A stretch of DNA of 32,000 nucleotides from Corynebacterium amycolatum (GCF_049243625.1 NZ_CP046975.1); one strand, 5' to 3'. Numbered from the stretch's first letter, positions 7,073-16,573 are shown. Notes: generated by a model from the letters alone, not told the origin. Program-made: numbers and translations.

Positions 7073-8179
7073 CTACTTCGACTTCGGATCGAAGCGCTCG
7101 AAGTTCTCTGCGCGCCCCTGCTTCAAAAGCTTGAACCAGCGGTAGAAGCCGCGGACATCGCGACGCTGGACCAGGAAGAACCAGCCGAAGCGCAGGAACT
7201 CCTGTGGCATGAGCTTGCGCATGCCGGGCTGGCTCATCAGGTAGCCGCGGTTGCGGTAGGTGAAGTAGCGCTTGAAGTCATTGGTCGGGTACTGCGTGTG
7301 CATCTTGCCGCCGAGAATGGGCACAAATTCACCCGAGCCGGAGGGGTGCAGGTAGGCCGTCGTCAAGCATGTGCCGAACCGGAGGCCGGAGCGGACCAGG
7401 CGGCGGTGGAATTCGACCTCGTCGCCGCGGATGAATAGGCGGTAGTCGGGAACGCCGAGCTGTTCCAGCGAGCGGGCGCTAAACAGCGCGCCGTTGAACA
7501 GGGATGCGATGCCGGGCAGGAGGTCGTGGTTGCCGTCGATGGTCTCGAGGTCGCTAGGCAGTTCGAGCCCGGTCGCAGCCTTCTGATCTGCGAAGTTGGT
7601 GAACCACTTCGTGCCCTCGGAGTCGCGTACTTCCGGGAGTTTGGGGTTGATGCCGCTTTCGAAAAGCTCTTCGCGATGACGGCGCCACACCAGCCCGCGG
7701 CGCAGGGGGAATGCCAGCTTGTTCGGGGCCTTAATGTCGCAGACCACCGGCGAGACAGCGTCGAGCTGGTGACGTCGCGCGCAGCTGTGCAGCGCCTTCA
7801 GCACGTAGGAGTCCTCCGGGCGCCCGTCATCATCGGCGCACCAAATCCACTCCGCGCCCAGCGACAGCGCAGTCAGCATGCCCAGTGCGAAACCACCAGC
7901 GCCGCCCAGGTTCGTCTTGGAGCCGAGGTAGTGAATTTCCGGCGCCGATCCGCTTTCCGACGACTGCTGCGCCGCCACCTGCTCAGCGAGCTCCTTGACC
8001 TTCGGGTCGTTGCCGTTGTCGACGATGATGAGCCATTTCGGCATGTGGGTCTGGCTGGCAACGATGGGAAGCGATTGACGCAGGTCCTCGATGCGGTTGT
8101 GAGTCACCACGATTGCGGCCGTTGCTGCCTCATCGTGCTTTGGGTGGTCAGCCGAGTTTTCGCTCACTTCGTTCTCCAT
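7073..8179 (-). CDS. glfT1: galactofuranosyltransferase GlfT1 (GT2 family, Rv3782-like)
   Basis: 368 aa with GT2 signature (IVVTHNR, IIVDNG, NLGGAGGFALG, WCADDDGRPE). Last gene of a wzm-wzt-glfT1 minus-strand series, as in the Rv3781-3783 cluster. Confidence 0.85.
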   Translation of the reverse strand: MENEVSENSADHPKHDEAATAAIVVTHNRIEDLRQSLPIVASQTHMPKWLIIVDNGNDPKVKELAEQVAAQQSSESGSAPEIHYLGSKTNLGGAGGFALGMLTALSLGAEWIWCADDDGRPEDSYVLKALHSCARRHQLDAVSPVVCDIKAPNKLAFPLRRGLVWRRHREELFESGINPKLPEVRDSEGTKWFTNFADQKAATGLELPSDLETIDGNHDLLPGIASLFNGALFSARSLEQLGVPDYRLFIRGDEVEFHRRLVRSGLRFGTCLTTAYLHPSGSGEFVPILGGKMHTQYPTNDFKRYFTYRNRGYLMSQPGMRKLMPQEFLRFGWFFLVQRRDVRGFYRWFKLLKQGRAENFERFDPKSK

Positions 8180-8332
8180 CGGGGACGTACCGTTTATTAC
8201 TGTTTTTATTGCTGTCTATCTTGCCATGTTGCTCCGGGTGAGCAATTCGCCAACCACCCGCTCCGCCCGCAATCTGCTCGCGAGCCGCCCGCTTGGCCAC
8301 TATGGACCCGCGCCCAGCTCCCCGCGAAGCTG

Positions 8333-9115
8333 CTACCTGCGCTGCGCGAGCACGTTGCGCACCTGGTCGGCGGCCTCTTTACCTTCGTAGGCTTCGACCA
8401 CTTCGTCGACAAGCCCTGCCTGTCGAACCGTACCGTGATCAATCCACAGTGCCGTGTCACACAGCTGCGCCAGGAATTCATTCGAGTGCGACGCAAACAC
8501 CAGCAGACCGGAGCGGTCGACCAATTCGGTCAACTTCGTTCGGGCCTTCGCCATGAATGCGGCGTCGACGGCTCCGATGCCTTCGTCGAGAAGCAGAATC
8601 TCCGGCTCAATGGACGTGACCACACCGAGCGCCAGACGCACGCGCATACCGGTGGAGTAAGTGCGCAAGGGCATGTGCAGGTAATCGCCGAGTTCGGTGA
8701 ATTCTGCGATTTCGTCGAGCTTGGATTTCATCTGCTTGCGCGTCTGCCCCAGGAACAGGCCACGGATGATGATGTTTTCCAGGCCGGAGATCTCCGGGTC
8801 CATGCCGACACCGAGGTCGAACACCGGAGCCACACGCCCGCGCACATCGGCGGCACCGCGCGTGGGCTCATAGATTCCCGACAGTAGTCGCAGCAGCGTG
8901 GACTTACCCGCTCCGTTGTGGCCTACCAAGCCGACGCGGTCGCCCTCACGCAGATGGATGTTGATGTCCTTCAGCGCCTCAATGACCACGACATTGGAGT
9001 CATTGCGGCCAATCGCACCACCCGCGGCGCCGAGGAACGCCTTCTTCATCGACCGCGATTTGGCGTCGAAAATGGGGAAGTCAACGCACGCGTTGTAAGT
9101 ATCAATGCTGACCAT
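8333..9115 (-). CDS. rfbE: polysaccharide/O-antigen-type ABC exporter ATP-binding protein (Wzt/RfbE-like)
   Basis: Walker A GHNGAGKST, ABC signature YSTGMRVRL, Walker B ILLLDEG. 260 aa. Confidence 0.9.
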   Translation of the reverse strand: MVSIDTYNACVDFPIFDAKSRSMKKAFLGAAGGAIGRNDSNVVVIEALKDINIHLREGDRVGLVGHNGAGKSTLLRLLSGIYEPTRGAADVRGRVAPVFDLGVGMDPEISGLENIIIRGLFLGQTRKQMKSKLDEIAEFTELGDYLHMPLRTYSTGMRVRLALGVVTSIEPEILLLDEGIGAVDAAFMAKARTKLTELVDRSGLLVFASHSNEFLAQLCDTALWIDHGTVRQAGLVDEVVEAYEGKEAADQVRNVLAQRR

Positions 9116-9161
9116 GCTTATCCCTTGCTAGTTCTATTCGCTTTACGACGGCCTTTGCGGC

Positions 9162-10130
9162 CTAAACCCAGTAGCTCACGCGGGAGCGCCACAGGCGCAT
9201 GGCCCCGAGTGCCAGCAGCAGGCCAACTGCGGTGCAGGCAAGGACGACCCACCAGTGGTAGGTATCCACCGGCTGGCCGGTCAGTGGGGCGCGGATGATT
9301 TCCAGGTAGTGGAACAGGGGATTGATCTCTGCGATGCGTGCGCGTTCGGCGACGGCACCGCCCTGTTCCTCCAGTGTCTTGGTGGTCCACACAATCGGAG
9401 TCATGTAAAACACCAGCTGAATTAGGGAATCCAGCAGTGGTGCCACGTCGCGGTAGCGCGTAGCGATGATGCCGAAGAACATCGTCACCCACACACCGTT
9501 GACCACCAGCAGCGCCATCGCGGGGATGACCAGGAAGAAGTTCCAGCCCAAATCCGGACGGAAGACCAGCACGAGAATCAGCCAGATCACCATGTTGTGG
9601 GCCAGGAAAAGCAACTGACGCCACACCAGCCTGTAGACGTGAACACTCAGCGCACTGGGCAACTGTTTGATGAGGCCTTCATTTTCAATGAAGACGGTTG
9701 CGCCCTCGCGCACGCAGCCGGAGATGAAGCCCCAGATAATCAGACCAACGGTCACGTGCGGCAGGAAGAACGCCAGGTCCTGCTGGAACAGCAGCGAGTA
9801 CAGCAGGCCGAGAGCCAGGGCCATTGCGCCGGTGGCAATGGTGATCCACAGCGGGCCAAGCGTGGAGCGACGGTACCGCTGCTTGATGTCCTGCCAGCCC
9901 AGTTGCAGCCACAGTTCGCGCTGGCCAAAGCCGGTAGCCAGATCCCGCCAGGCAGCGCCCATGGTACGGGAACGCGACTTGAAAGCCGGTGCCTCACCCG
10001 TTGCGTCAACCATTCGCGCAATGTCGCGGCGGAGGGTTTCCTCCGTGCGGAGAGCGGAGCCATTGCGCACAGTATCGGCAGACTGGTCGGCTGCGTCTGC
10101 GGATTGGCAATCATTTTCTGCGTTAGTCAC
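9162..10130 (-). CDS. rfbD: ABC-2 type polysaccharide exporter permease (Wzm/RfbD-like)
   Basis: Conserved ABC-2 N-terminal motif (WQDIKQRYRRSTLGPLWITI) followed by six hydrophobic segments. Directly upstream of the ATPase gene. Start uncertain: GTG 10130, or internal ATGs that give about 266-282 aa. Confidence 0.85.
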   Translation of the reverse strand: MTNAENDCQSADAADQSADTVRNGSALRTEETLRRDIARMVDATGEAPAFKSRSRTMGAAWRDLATGFGQRELWLQLGWQDIKQRYRRSTLGPLWITIATGAMALALGLLYSLLFQQDLAFFLPHVTVGLIIWGFISGCVREGATVFIENEGLIKQLPSALSVHVYRLVWRQLLFLAHNMVIWLILVLVFRPDLGWNFFLVIPAMALLVVNGVWVTMFFGIIATRYRDVAPLLDSLIQLVFYMTPIVWTTKTLEEQGGAVAERARIAEINPLFHYLEIIRAPLTGQPVDTYHWWVVLACTAVGLLLALGAMRLWRSRVSYWV

Positions 10131-10601
10131 GTCTCCAAACTACTAGCAAGGGCGGATTAGATTGAATACCGACAGCGCCGGGCGAGCCATTATTCCACGT
10201 CATGACGGCGAACGACGGTCGCGTGGGATGGTTGTCATTGGTGGTTACGTGGTGCTTCTGAGGCTGGTTTCACAACTGGTTATGTGATTGGTTATGTGAC
10301 TCTGGAAAACTTACATACAATCGCCGCTGTAACTGCTTTATGGTCTGCGGCTGGTGCATATGATTCACGCATCGGGAGTGCTTGCGCATGGCTACAGGCA
10401 GGAAAAGTTCAGCCAATTTTAAGCAACTACTAAAAAGGGATAAAGATTATCCTATAGGGGGTTGCTTCGATAGAATTGGCTCCAACTAAGATGTGCAAGC
10501 GATACACGGTTCGAGGCATGGACACTCGATTCGTGGGTGATTGCACGGTTAATTCTGAAATAGATATCGCAGCTTGAATTCAAAACCGGGAAAGGGTTTT
10601 C

Positions 10602-11870
10602 ATGGCCTTCGATGTGCCTACAACCAGGGGTGCTTACTCGTCGCTTTCCGACGGGTGGACATACCTCAATGCGGGTCAACGCACCCAGGTGCCCGAACGT
10701 GTTCAGGCTGCGATGATTTCTGCATTTCGCAATGCGCAGAAGTCCCTTCCAGGTGAGACTGGGGCGGGGGCTCATGGCCAGTCGCGCAGCTCGGGGGTGC
10801 CCGCTGCAGCGGAACTAACCGCCAGTGCGCGCCGGGCTTTTGCAGACCTCACTGGCGGTCCGGTCGCCGGTGTGGTGTTGGGTTCTTCGCGTGAGGTGCT
10901 CATGGAGCAGTTCACCTCCGCAATGAGTCGACGCTTGACGCTCGGCTCTAACCTGGTGATTTCTCGCATCGGTTCGCAGGTCGTACACGCACCACTACGC
11001 CGGGCAGCCAATCTCTACGGGGCTCAAGTCCGCATTGCTGAGGCTGACTTGTCCTCGGGTACGTTGCCCTCCTGGCAGTTCGACGAACTTGTAGACGAGG
11101 GCACTCGCCTTGTTGTCGTCCCGGCCGCGGATCCATTCGTTGGCACCATTGCGCCGGTAGCTGACATTTCTCGGCGGGTGCATGAGCACTCCAACGCCTG
11201 GGTGTTGGTCGATGTCTCGGATATTGTTGCCTACCGCGACGTGTCGATGAGCAAGCTGGGCGCCGACATCATGCTGGTTGACGCCTCCGTGCTGGGCGGG
11301 CCTGAGGTCGCAGCTTTGGTGTTCAAGGATCCCGAGATGTTCGAGCGCATGACGTCGTTAAGCTATGTGCCGAATGCGCGCGGCGTCGAGCGGATTGAGG
11401 TTTCCCCGGTGTCGCCGGCACTGCTCGGTGGGGTGTCGGAATCGGTGCTGCACCTGGCATCGCTGGATAGCACGGCGAGGGGGTCGCGTAGGCACCGCAT
11501 TGAAACGGCGATGCCGCAGGTTTCTCGCTACTTGACGACGTTGTCGGAGCGCCTGATTGCGGCGCTGATGACCCTGCCGCGGGTGTACATCATCGGCATG
11601 GATACCGAAGATGATTCTTTCGCGAGTGTGTCGCGAGCACAGCACATTCCGCGCGTTAGCTTCCTCGTCGATGGGGTGTCGGCGAAGGTGGTCGTGGATA
11701 GGCTGCTGGATAATGGCCTGGTGACCAGCATTGTTGATGCATACGAATCGCCACTGCTGGAGGCCATGGGCATCGCTGAGGCTGGAGGTGCCGTGAGAGT
11801 CGGCCTCCAGCCGTTCAATACACCGCACGACATTGACCAGCTTGTGCGCGCAGTTGCCTCGCTCGGTTAA
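10602..11870 (+). CDS. aminotransferase class V-fold PLP-dependent enzyme-like protein (Rv3778c-like)
   Basis: 422 aa. N-terminal YLNAGQRTQVPERV pattern typical of class V aminotransferase/cysteine desulfurase-like proteins, and a position next to qor as in the mycobacterial Rv3777/Rv3778c pair. I could not identify the catalytic lysine by eye. Confidence 0.7.
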   Translation: MAFDVPTTRGAYSSLSDGWTYLNAGQRTQVPERVQAAMISAFRNAQKSLPGETGAGAHGQSRSSGVPAAAELTASARRAFADLTGGPVAGVVLGSSREVLMEQFTSAMSRRLTLGSNLVISRIGSQVVHAPLRRAANLYGAQVRIAEADLSSGTLPSWQFDELVDEGTRLVVVPAADPFVGTIAPVADISRRVHEHSNAWVLVDVSDIVAYRDVSMSKLGADIMLVDASVLGGPEVAALVFKDPEMFERMTSLSYVPNARGVERIEVSPVSPALLGGVSESVLHLASLDSTARGSRRHRIETAMPQVSRYLTTLSERLIAALMTLPRVYIIGMDTEDDSFASVSRAQHIPRVSFLVDGVSAKVVVDRLLDNGLVTSIVDAYESPLLEAMGIAEAGGAVRVGLQPFNTPHDIDQLVRAVASLG

Positions 11871-11886
11871 CTAGGCGGTCAGCTAA

Positions 11887-12864
11887 CTAGACGGTCAGCA
11901 CAATCTTGCCGCTGACCGCGCCACTGTCGAGCAGTTCGTGGGCCTTGGCCGCGTCGCGCATATCCATGACCTCATGAATTTGAGGGGTGACGGTGCCGTC
12001 GGCAAGCATTGGCCAGATGGTGTCCTCTGTGGCGTTGACGATGCGAGCCTTGTCAGCTAGATCGCGGTAGCGCAGGCCGGTGGCGGTAATGGAGCCGCGC
12101 TTGCTCAGCAGGCGGCCGATGTTGAGCTCGCCCTTTACGCCGCCCTGCATGCCGATGATGACCAGGTGGCCGTCCTTCGCCAGGGCCTTGACGTTTCGGT
12201 CGAGGTACTTTGCGCCCATGATGTCCAGAATGACATTGGCACCGCCCTCAGCTGTGACGATTTCCTCGAAGTCCTCTTCTTTGTAATTGATGAGGATGTC
12301 GGCGCCGAGCTCTTTGCACTTAGCCAGCTTCTCCGCCGACCCGGCGGTGACTGCGACGCGAGCGCCCAGCTGCTTGGCCATCTGAATAGCGAAAGTGCCG
12401 ATGCCACCCGCGCCACCGTGAACCAGTAGTAGATCGCCTTCCTTTAGGCCGGCAATCATCACGACATTCGAGAACACCGTGCAGGCAACCTCGACGATAG
12501 ATGCGGCCTCGGTGAAGGAGTAGCCATGTGGCAGTGGGAGAATCTGGCCGGCCGGGACTGCGACCTTTTCGGCGTAAGCGCCACCGGAGAGAAGGCAGCA
12601 GACCTCGTCGCCGACTTTCCAGCCCTGAGAGTCGCCCTTGACCTCTTCAATGACACCCGCGCACTCCAGGCCGAGGGTGTCGGTCACGCCTTTCGGTGGC
12701 GGGTAGTGGCCAGCGGCCTGCAGCAGGTCAGCGCGGTTTACTCCAGCGGCCTTGACCTTGACCAGCACCTGCCCATCCTCGAGAGTCGGTTCCGGAGCAT
12801 CGGCCCATTCCAGGGCGCGGGGGTTGGAAAGATCAGTCTGAATGATTGCCTTCATAGTCTTCAA
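11887..12864 (-). CDS. qor: NADPH:quinone oxidoreductase (zinc-type alcohol dehydrogenase superfamily)
   Basis: 325 aa. MDR-family pattern (GVNRADLLQAAGHYPPP, GECAGVI, GGAGGIGTFAIQMAK nucleotide-binding motif, C-terminal GKIVLTV). Confidence 0.85.
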   Translation of the reverse strand: MKTMKAIIQTDLSNPRALEWADAPEPTLEDGQVLVKVKAAGVNRADLLQAAGHYPPPKGVTDTLGLECAGVIEEVKGDSQGWKVGDEVCCLLSGGAYAEKVAVPAGQILPLPHGYSFTEAASIVEVACTVFSNVVMIAGLKEGDLLLVHGGAGGIGTFAIQMAKQLGARVAVTAGSAEKLAKCKELGADILINYKEEDFEEIVTAEGGANVILDIMGAKYLDRNVKALAKDGHLVIIGMQGGVKGELNIGRLLSKRGSITATGLRYRDLADKARIVNATEDTIWPMLADGTVTPQIHEVMDMRDAAKAHELLDSGAVSGKIVLTV

Positions 12865-13053
12865 AGGTAATGCAAAAACTGGTTATGCACGCGGTATTTC
12901 AAGCTCTTTTGCAATTAGCAAAAATAGTTATGTCTGTAGAGGTGGATGCTTGGGGTGTGGTTTGGGATGAGAAGACTAGCGAAAGGTGCTGGCAAGGGGT
13001 GTTATGAGGGCGTTTGCTGCCTCACGGCGGTATGCGGTTATGATGTTGTCGTT

Positions 13054-13138
13054 GGAAGTATGGCAGAGCGGCCGAATGCACTGGTCTTGAAAACCAGCGA
13101 GGGTCACACCTCCGGGGGTTCAAATCCCCCTGCTTCCG
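13054..13138 (+). tRNA. tRNA-Ser (anticodon UGA), no encoded CCA
   Basis: Hand-folded cloverleaf: acceptor GGAAGTA/TGCTTCC, anticodon stem CTGGT/ACCAG with loop CTTGAAA, long variable arm, T-arm GGGGG-TTCAAAT-CCCCC. Confidence 0.9.
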
Positions 13139-13144
13139 CAGATG

Positions 13145-13190
13145 GAAACCCTCGGTAGTTGTTCTACTGGGGGGTTTCTTCATTTGTCTT
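13145..13190 (+). terminator. putative intrinsic terminator after tRNA-Ser(UGA)
   Basis: GAAACCC...GGGTTTC outer stem with inner GTAG/CTAC pairing, followed by the T-rich TTCATTTGTCTT. Confidence 0.4.
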
Positions 13191-13578
13191 CAAAATTGGC
13201 GTATGTGGTGGGGTCAGCGACGGATAGTCGTACCGTACGTAACCGCGGTATTGCGCGCATTGCTGCATTCTCTCCGGCCGCAGGTATGACATGCGCGGAC
13301 ATGTGCGGGATTCGGCAGTATCGCACATGCTCAGGAACTGGTGGTCAATGACACCATCGCCAAGGGGGCGCCGACGCGATTGCCGACGGTTCGTTGAATA
13401 CAGGAACTGAAATCCACTTCAACCCGGGGCACTCGGTGGAAAAGCTGCATGACATGGACCCGAAACCGTTGTGGCCTGAAACAATACGGGCAATTTGCCA
13501 AAACCGGTAAGCTCGGTCTTGCTGTAATACAAACCCAGCGTCAAACTGGCGGACGGTATTGAGGGAAAAGGTCGAACA

Positions 13579-14319
13579 ATGGCAACGAATCGGAGCAACC
13601 ACTCGGACGACTCGTTCGGTGAGTGGAGCATAAATCCGGACGCGTCAGATGATCAGCCCTCTGCAGATACGCCGGCAAATGCGTGGAGCGCTGTGGATGG
13701 GGCACAGTGGGAGCAGGCTGAGGGGCAAACGCAGTATCTGCAGCAGTATCAACAGTCCCAGCAGCCTGAACCGTACCGCCCCGCCCCCTATGTCCCTGGC
13801 CCGCAAGCTGGGCCGGCTGCTGCACCGAGCAATGACAATAAGGGGCTGACCATCGCGGTTATTGTCCTGGCGCTCGTTGCGGTTTCCCTCCTCGCCGGCG
13901 CAATGGCCTTCTTCTACTTCTCCGATTCGAAGGGAGTGAATTCAGCCGGCAGCAACTCATCCCAGTCGGTTCAGTCCGCTAGAACTGAGGATTCCTCCAC
14001 GTCGTCGACCGCTGAGAAGAAGCGTCGCGCTGAGGGATTCCAGCCGCCATCGAGTTGGCGCCACTGCTCCGGCTCGGGTGATTCGGGTGATTTGAACTTG
14101 GTATATGCAGAAAATGTCGGAGGTAACACGACAACCTGCCCGTTTGCCACCAACGTGCGCAATTCCTTCGTTGAGCAGTACCAACTTACGAAGAAGCTCA
14201 ACGGTACTGTCACCGCTAGCAGCCCAACAACTGGCAAGACTTACACCATGACCTGCCGCGATAACGGTGAGGTTGTCACCTGCACCGGCGGTACGAATGC
14301 GACGGTGCACATTGTCTAA
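13579..14319 (+). CDS. membrane-anchored hypothetical protein with Q/P-rich N-terminus and Cys-containing extracytoplasmic C-terminal domain
   Basis: One TM helix (LTIAVIVLALVAVSLLAGAMAFFYF). The C-terminal domain has four Cys (WRHCSG, TTCPFATNVRNSF, YTMTCRDNGEVVTCTGG). ATG start. Confidence 0.6.
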   Translation: MATNRSNHSDDSFGEWSINPDASDDQPSADTPANAWSAVDGAQWEQAEGQTQYLQQYQQSQQPEPYRPAPYVPGPQAGPAAAPSNDNKGLTIAVIVLALVAVSLLAGAMAFFYFSDSKGVNSAGSNSSQSVQSARTEDSSTSSTAEKKRRAEGFQPPSSWRHCSGSGDSGDLNLVYAENVGGNTTTCPFATNVRNSFVEQYQLTKKLNGTVTASSPTTGKTYTMTCRDNGEVVTCTGGTNATVHIV

Positions 14320-15208
14320 ACGTCTCCGAGTAGCTCTGGCCGCAACCGCCGTCGTCACGCTCGGTCTTAGCGCCTGCACCATCGGCACCAACTCCGACTC
14401 GTCGATGCCCTCGCCGACGCTGTCCAATTCGCTTGACGACGGCCCCGGAGGCGCATCCTCCGGCGGGAAAGTTGTGCCCGGTGAGATGCCTCGCGAAGTT
14501 GTCGAGGCCGTGAAGTCCGCGCAAAAGGAATTCGGTGGTTTGGCCGGCGCCGCTCTGGCAACGCCGGATAAAGATTCCGAAGTGGTTTCCACGGGGGATT
14601 TCAAAACTGGTCCGGCCTGGTCTACCTCCAAGGTGCCAATCGCAGTGGCTTATGTGCGCCAATTGGGCGTGGACGCGCAGGTGGAATCTGCAATCACGGT
14701 TTCCGACAACGACGCGGCTGAGTCCATGTGGTACTCCCTGGGAGATGACGCGACCGCAGGCGAGACCACCAATAAAATCCTTCGAGAGGGCCACGACACC
14801 CGCACCGTCATGGGCACTGACCGCATCCGCGCGCAATACACCGTCTTCGGACAGACGCAGTGGGATTTGCGCGACCAAGCCGTTTTCGGCGCCAATTTGC
14901 AGTGCATCGAGGAGGGCCCAAAGGTTGCTGACCTCATGGGGCAGATTGCCGACGAGCAGTCCTACGGCCTCGGACGCATCCGCGGTGCCCACTTCAAGGG
15001 CGGTTGGGGCCCCGATGATGAAGGCGTCTACCTTGTGCGGCAGTTCGGCTATCTGCCGGGCAAGAAGCCGGGCACCTTCGTTGGTGTCGCTATCGCAGCC
15101 CAGCCTGACGACGGCACCTATGAGACCGGCCAGCAGATGCTCGACCGCATCGCAAAGGCGATTGAGCGCAGTGGTGGCGCAACCACTGGCCGCGCCGGCA
15201 CCTGCTAG
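14297..15208 (+). CDS. lipoprotein, beta-lactamase-fold serine hydrolase-like
   Basis: Signal peptide plus lipobox (AVVTLGLSAC). S-x-x-K (WSTSK), S-D-N (VSDND) and K-G-G (FKGGWG) motifs in class-A-like order. Start is ATG 14297 or TTG 14312, overlapping the upstream gene; the track ORF starts at 14267. Confidence 0.7.
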   Translation: MRRCTLSKRLRVALAATAVVTLGLSACTIGTNSDSSMPSPTLSNSLDDGPGGASSGGKVVPGEMPREVVEAVKSAQKEFGGLAGAALATPDKDSEVVSTGDFKTGPAWSTSKVPIAVAYVRQLGVDAQVESAITVSDNDAAESMWYSLGDDATAGETTNKILREGHDTRTVMGTDRIRAQYTVFGQTQWDLRDQAVFGANLQCIEEGPKVADLMGQIADEQSYGLGRIRGAHFKGGWGPDDEGVYLVRQFGYLPGKKPGTFVGVAIAAQPDDGTYETGQQMLDRIAKAIERSGGATTGRAGTC

Positions 15209-15222
15209 CTGAGCGATAGCTG

Positions 15223-16362
15223 CTAGTGCTCAATTCCTAGCGCAGCCAGCAGCTGCGAGGTCTCTTCCTCGGTAGTGATGGTGATGCGAGCACCTTCGCC
15301 GGCAAAGCAGCGGATGAGAATGTTGCGCTGCGCCAAGAAGTCACCGAGATCCGTGGTGGTGGCCACCGAGACGTCGTCAAGCAAAGAGAGATCGGCAATC
15401 CGATCCTCACCAATCCAAATGAAGTTGGCCTGCGAGTTCGGCAGCACCGTCTCGCGGCCGGTGGCGGCGTTGATGGCCTCGGTGACAGCGACGCGCTGTG
15501 CGCGGACCTCGGCGATGCGGGCGGTGAGCTCTTCCTGTGCGTCTAGCGAGGTGAGCGCGGCGATCTGCGCAAGAGTGTTTACGGAGAAGGGGATAGCGAC
15601 CTTATTCACGGCCTCCACAAGCTTCTCCGGACCGAACATGTAGCCCACGCGGAGCCCGGCCAGGCCGTAGACCTTGGAGAATGTGCGCAAGCCAACCAGG
15701 TTGGGGTAGGTATCCAGCAGCTCATGAGCCAACGGGGTAGCGGCGTGAGTGGCCTCGTCCACCAGCTCGATGTAGGCCTCGTCGAGAGCAACCACAACAT
15801 CGCCCGGAACCTGCGCCATAAACTCCGCAAATGCCTCGCGAGTGACGGTCGTGCCCGTTGGGTTGTTGGGGTTACAGACGAAAACCAGACGTGTGCGGTC
15901 GGTGATAGCGGCAGCCATAGCTGAGAGGTCATTGCGACCCTGCGCATCCAGCGGCACCGGCACCGGAGTAGCCCCGGCGACGCGAGCGAGAATGGGGTAG
16001 GCCTCGAAACTGCGCCACGGGAACACGACCTCATCCCCATCCGCACAGGTGGCCTGCACAAGCTGCAGGCACAGAGCGGAGGAGCCGCAGCCGACCGCGA
16101 CCTGCTCCATGGGCAGGCGCAGGTGTTCGCCGAGCTTAATGCGCAGGTCAACCGCGCCCATGTCCGGGTAGCGGTTCGGACTGGTAGTTGGGTCAGAGAT
16201 GGTCTGCGAGATGGCCTCCACCACCGAGGGTAGCGGCGGTTGGGTCATTTCATTGGACGCAATCTTCAGCGCGCCGGGCACAGTCTTGCCCGGAACATAG
16301 GCCGGAACCTGTTCGAGGTCGGCACGGGTTTTGGGCTGAACTGAAGATGCATCGTTGGTCAT
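15223..16362 (-). CDS. histidinol-phosphate/aromatic amino acid aminotransferase (class II, HisC/Pat-like)
   Basis: PLP-lysine motif RTFSKVYGLAGLRVGY, CNPNNPTG motif, and N-terminal VPAYVPGK. Most plausible start is ATG 16360-16362 (MTNDASS...), giving 379 aa. Confidence 0.85.
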   Translation of the reverse strand: MTNDASSVQPKTRADLEQVPAYVPGKTVPGALKIASNEMTQPPLPSVVEAISQTISDPTTSPNRYPDMGAVDLRIKLGEHLRLPMEQVAVGCGSSALCLQLVQATCADGDEVVFPWRSFEAYPILARVAGATPVPVPLDAQGRNDLSAMAAAITDRTRLVFVCNPNNPTGTTVTREAFAEFMAQVPGDVVVALDEAYIELVDEATHAATPLAHELLDTYPNLVGLRTFSKVYGLAGLRVGYMFGPEKLVEAVNKVAIPFSVNTLAQIAALTSLDAQEELTARIAEVRAQRVAVTEAINAATGRETVLPNSQANFIWIGEDRIADLSLLDDVSVATTTDLGDFLAQRNILIRCFAGEGARITITTEEETSQLLAALGIEH

Positions 16363-16573
16363 AGGCCTAACTGTAGAACATGGTCCGGATTGGGCAGTAC
16401 AAAATCCCCGCAAAATCCCAAGGTGTGGTCGCTATTTGTGGTGCCGTATTCGGTGGCTTCGCGGGTGTTTTGCTTTTCAATTCTTGTGTTCTGTAGGATT
16501 GGCTGCGGTTATTTGGTCTTGCCAACGCAATGGCGAACAGCTTTGCTGAAGCGGGATCGATGCCAGTGGTTTT

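Noticed and set aside
7526-8887. 453-aa plus-strand ORF
   Set aside because: It is antisense to glfT1 and the ABC ATPase gene, both of which have clear catalytic motifs. This is a typical high-GC shadow ORF.
10274-12887. Shared 11-mer AACTGGTTATG at 10274 and 12877 as a common operator
   Set aside because: About 100 chance 11-mer coincidences are expected in a 32-kb window, and the orientation relative to the two genes is inconsistent. Only the local tandem and GTTATG enrichment were kept.
13191-13578. Possible riboswitch or sRNA (for example c-di-AMP/ydaO-like) or hidden gene in the 390-nt gap after tRNA-Ser(UGA)
   Set aside because: I saw no convincing conserved motif or stable structure by eye. 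The ORFs there (13142..13351, 13345..13602, 13419..13631) have implausible composition. It cannot be excluded without a covariance-model search.
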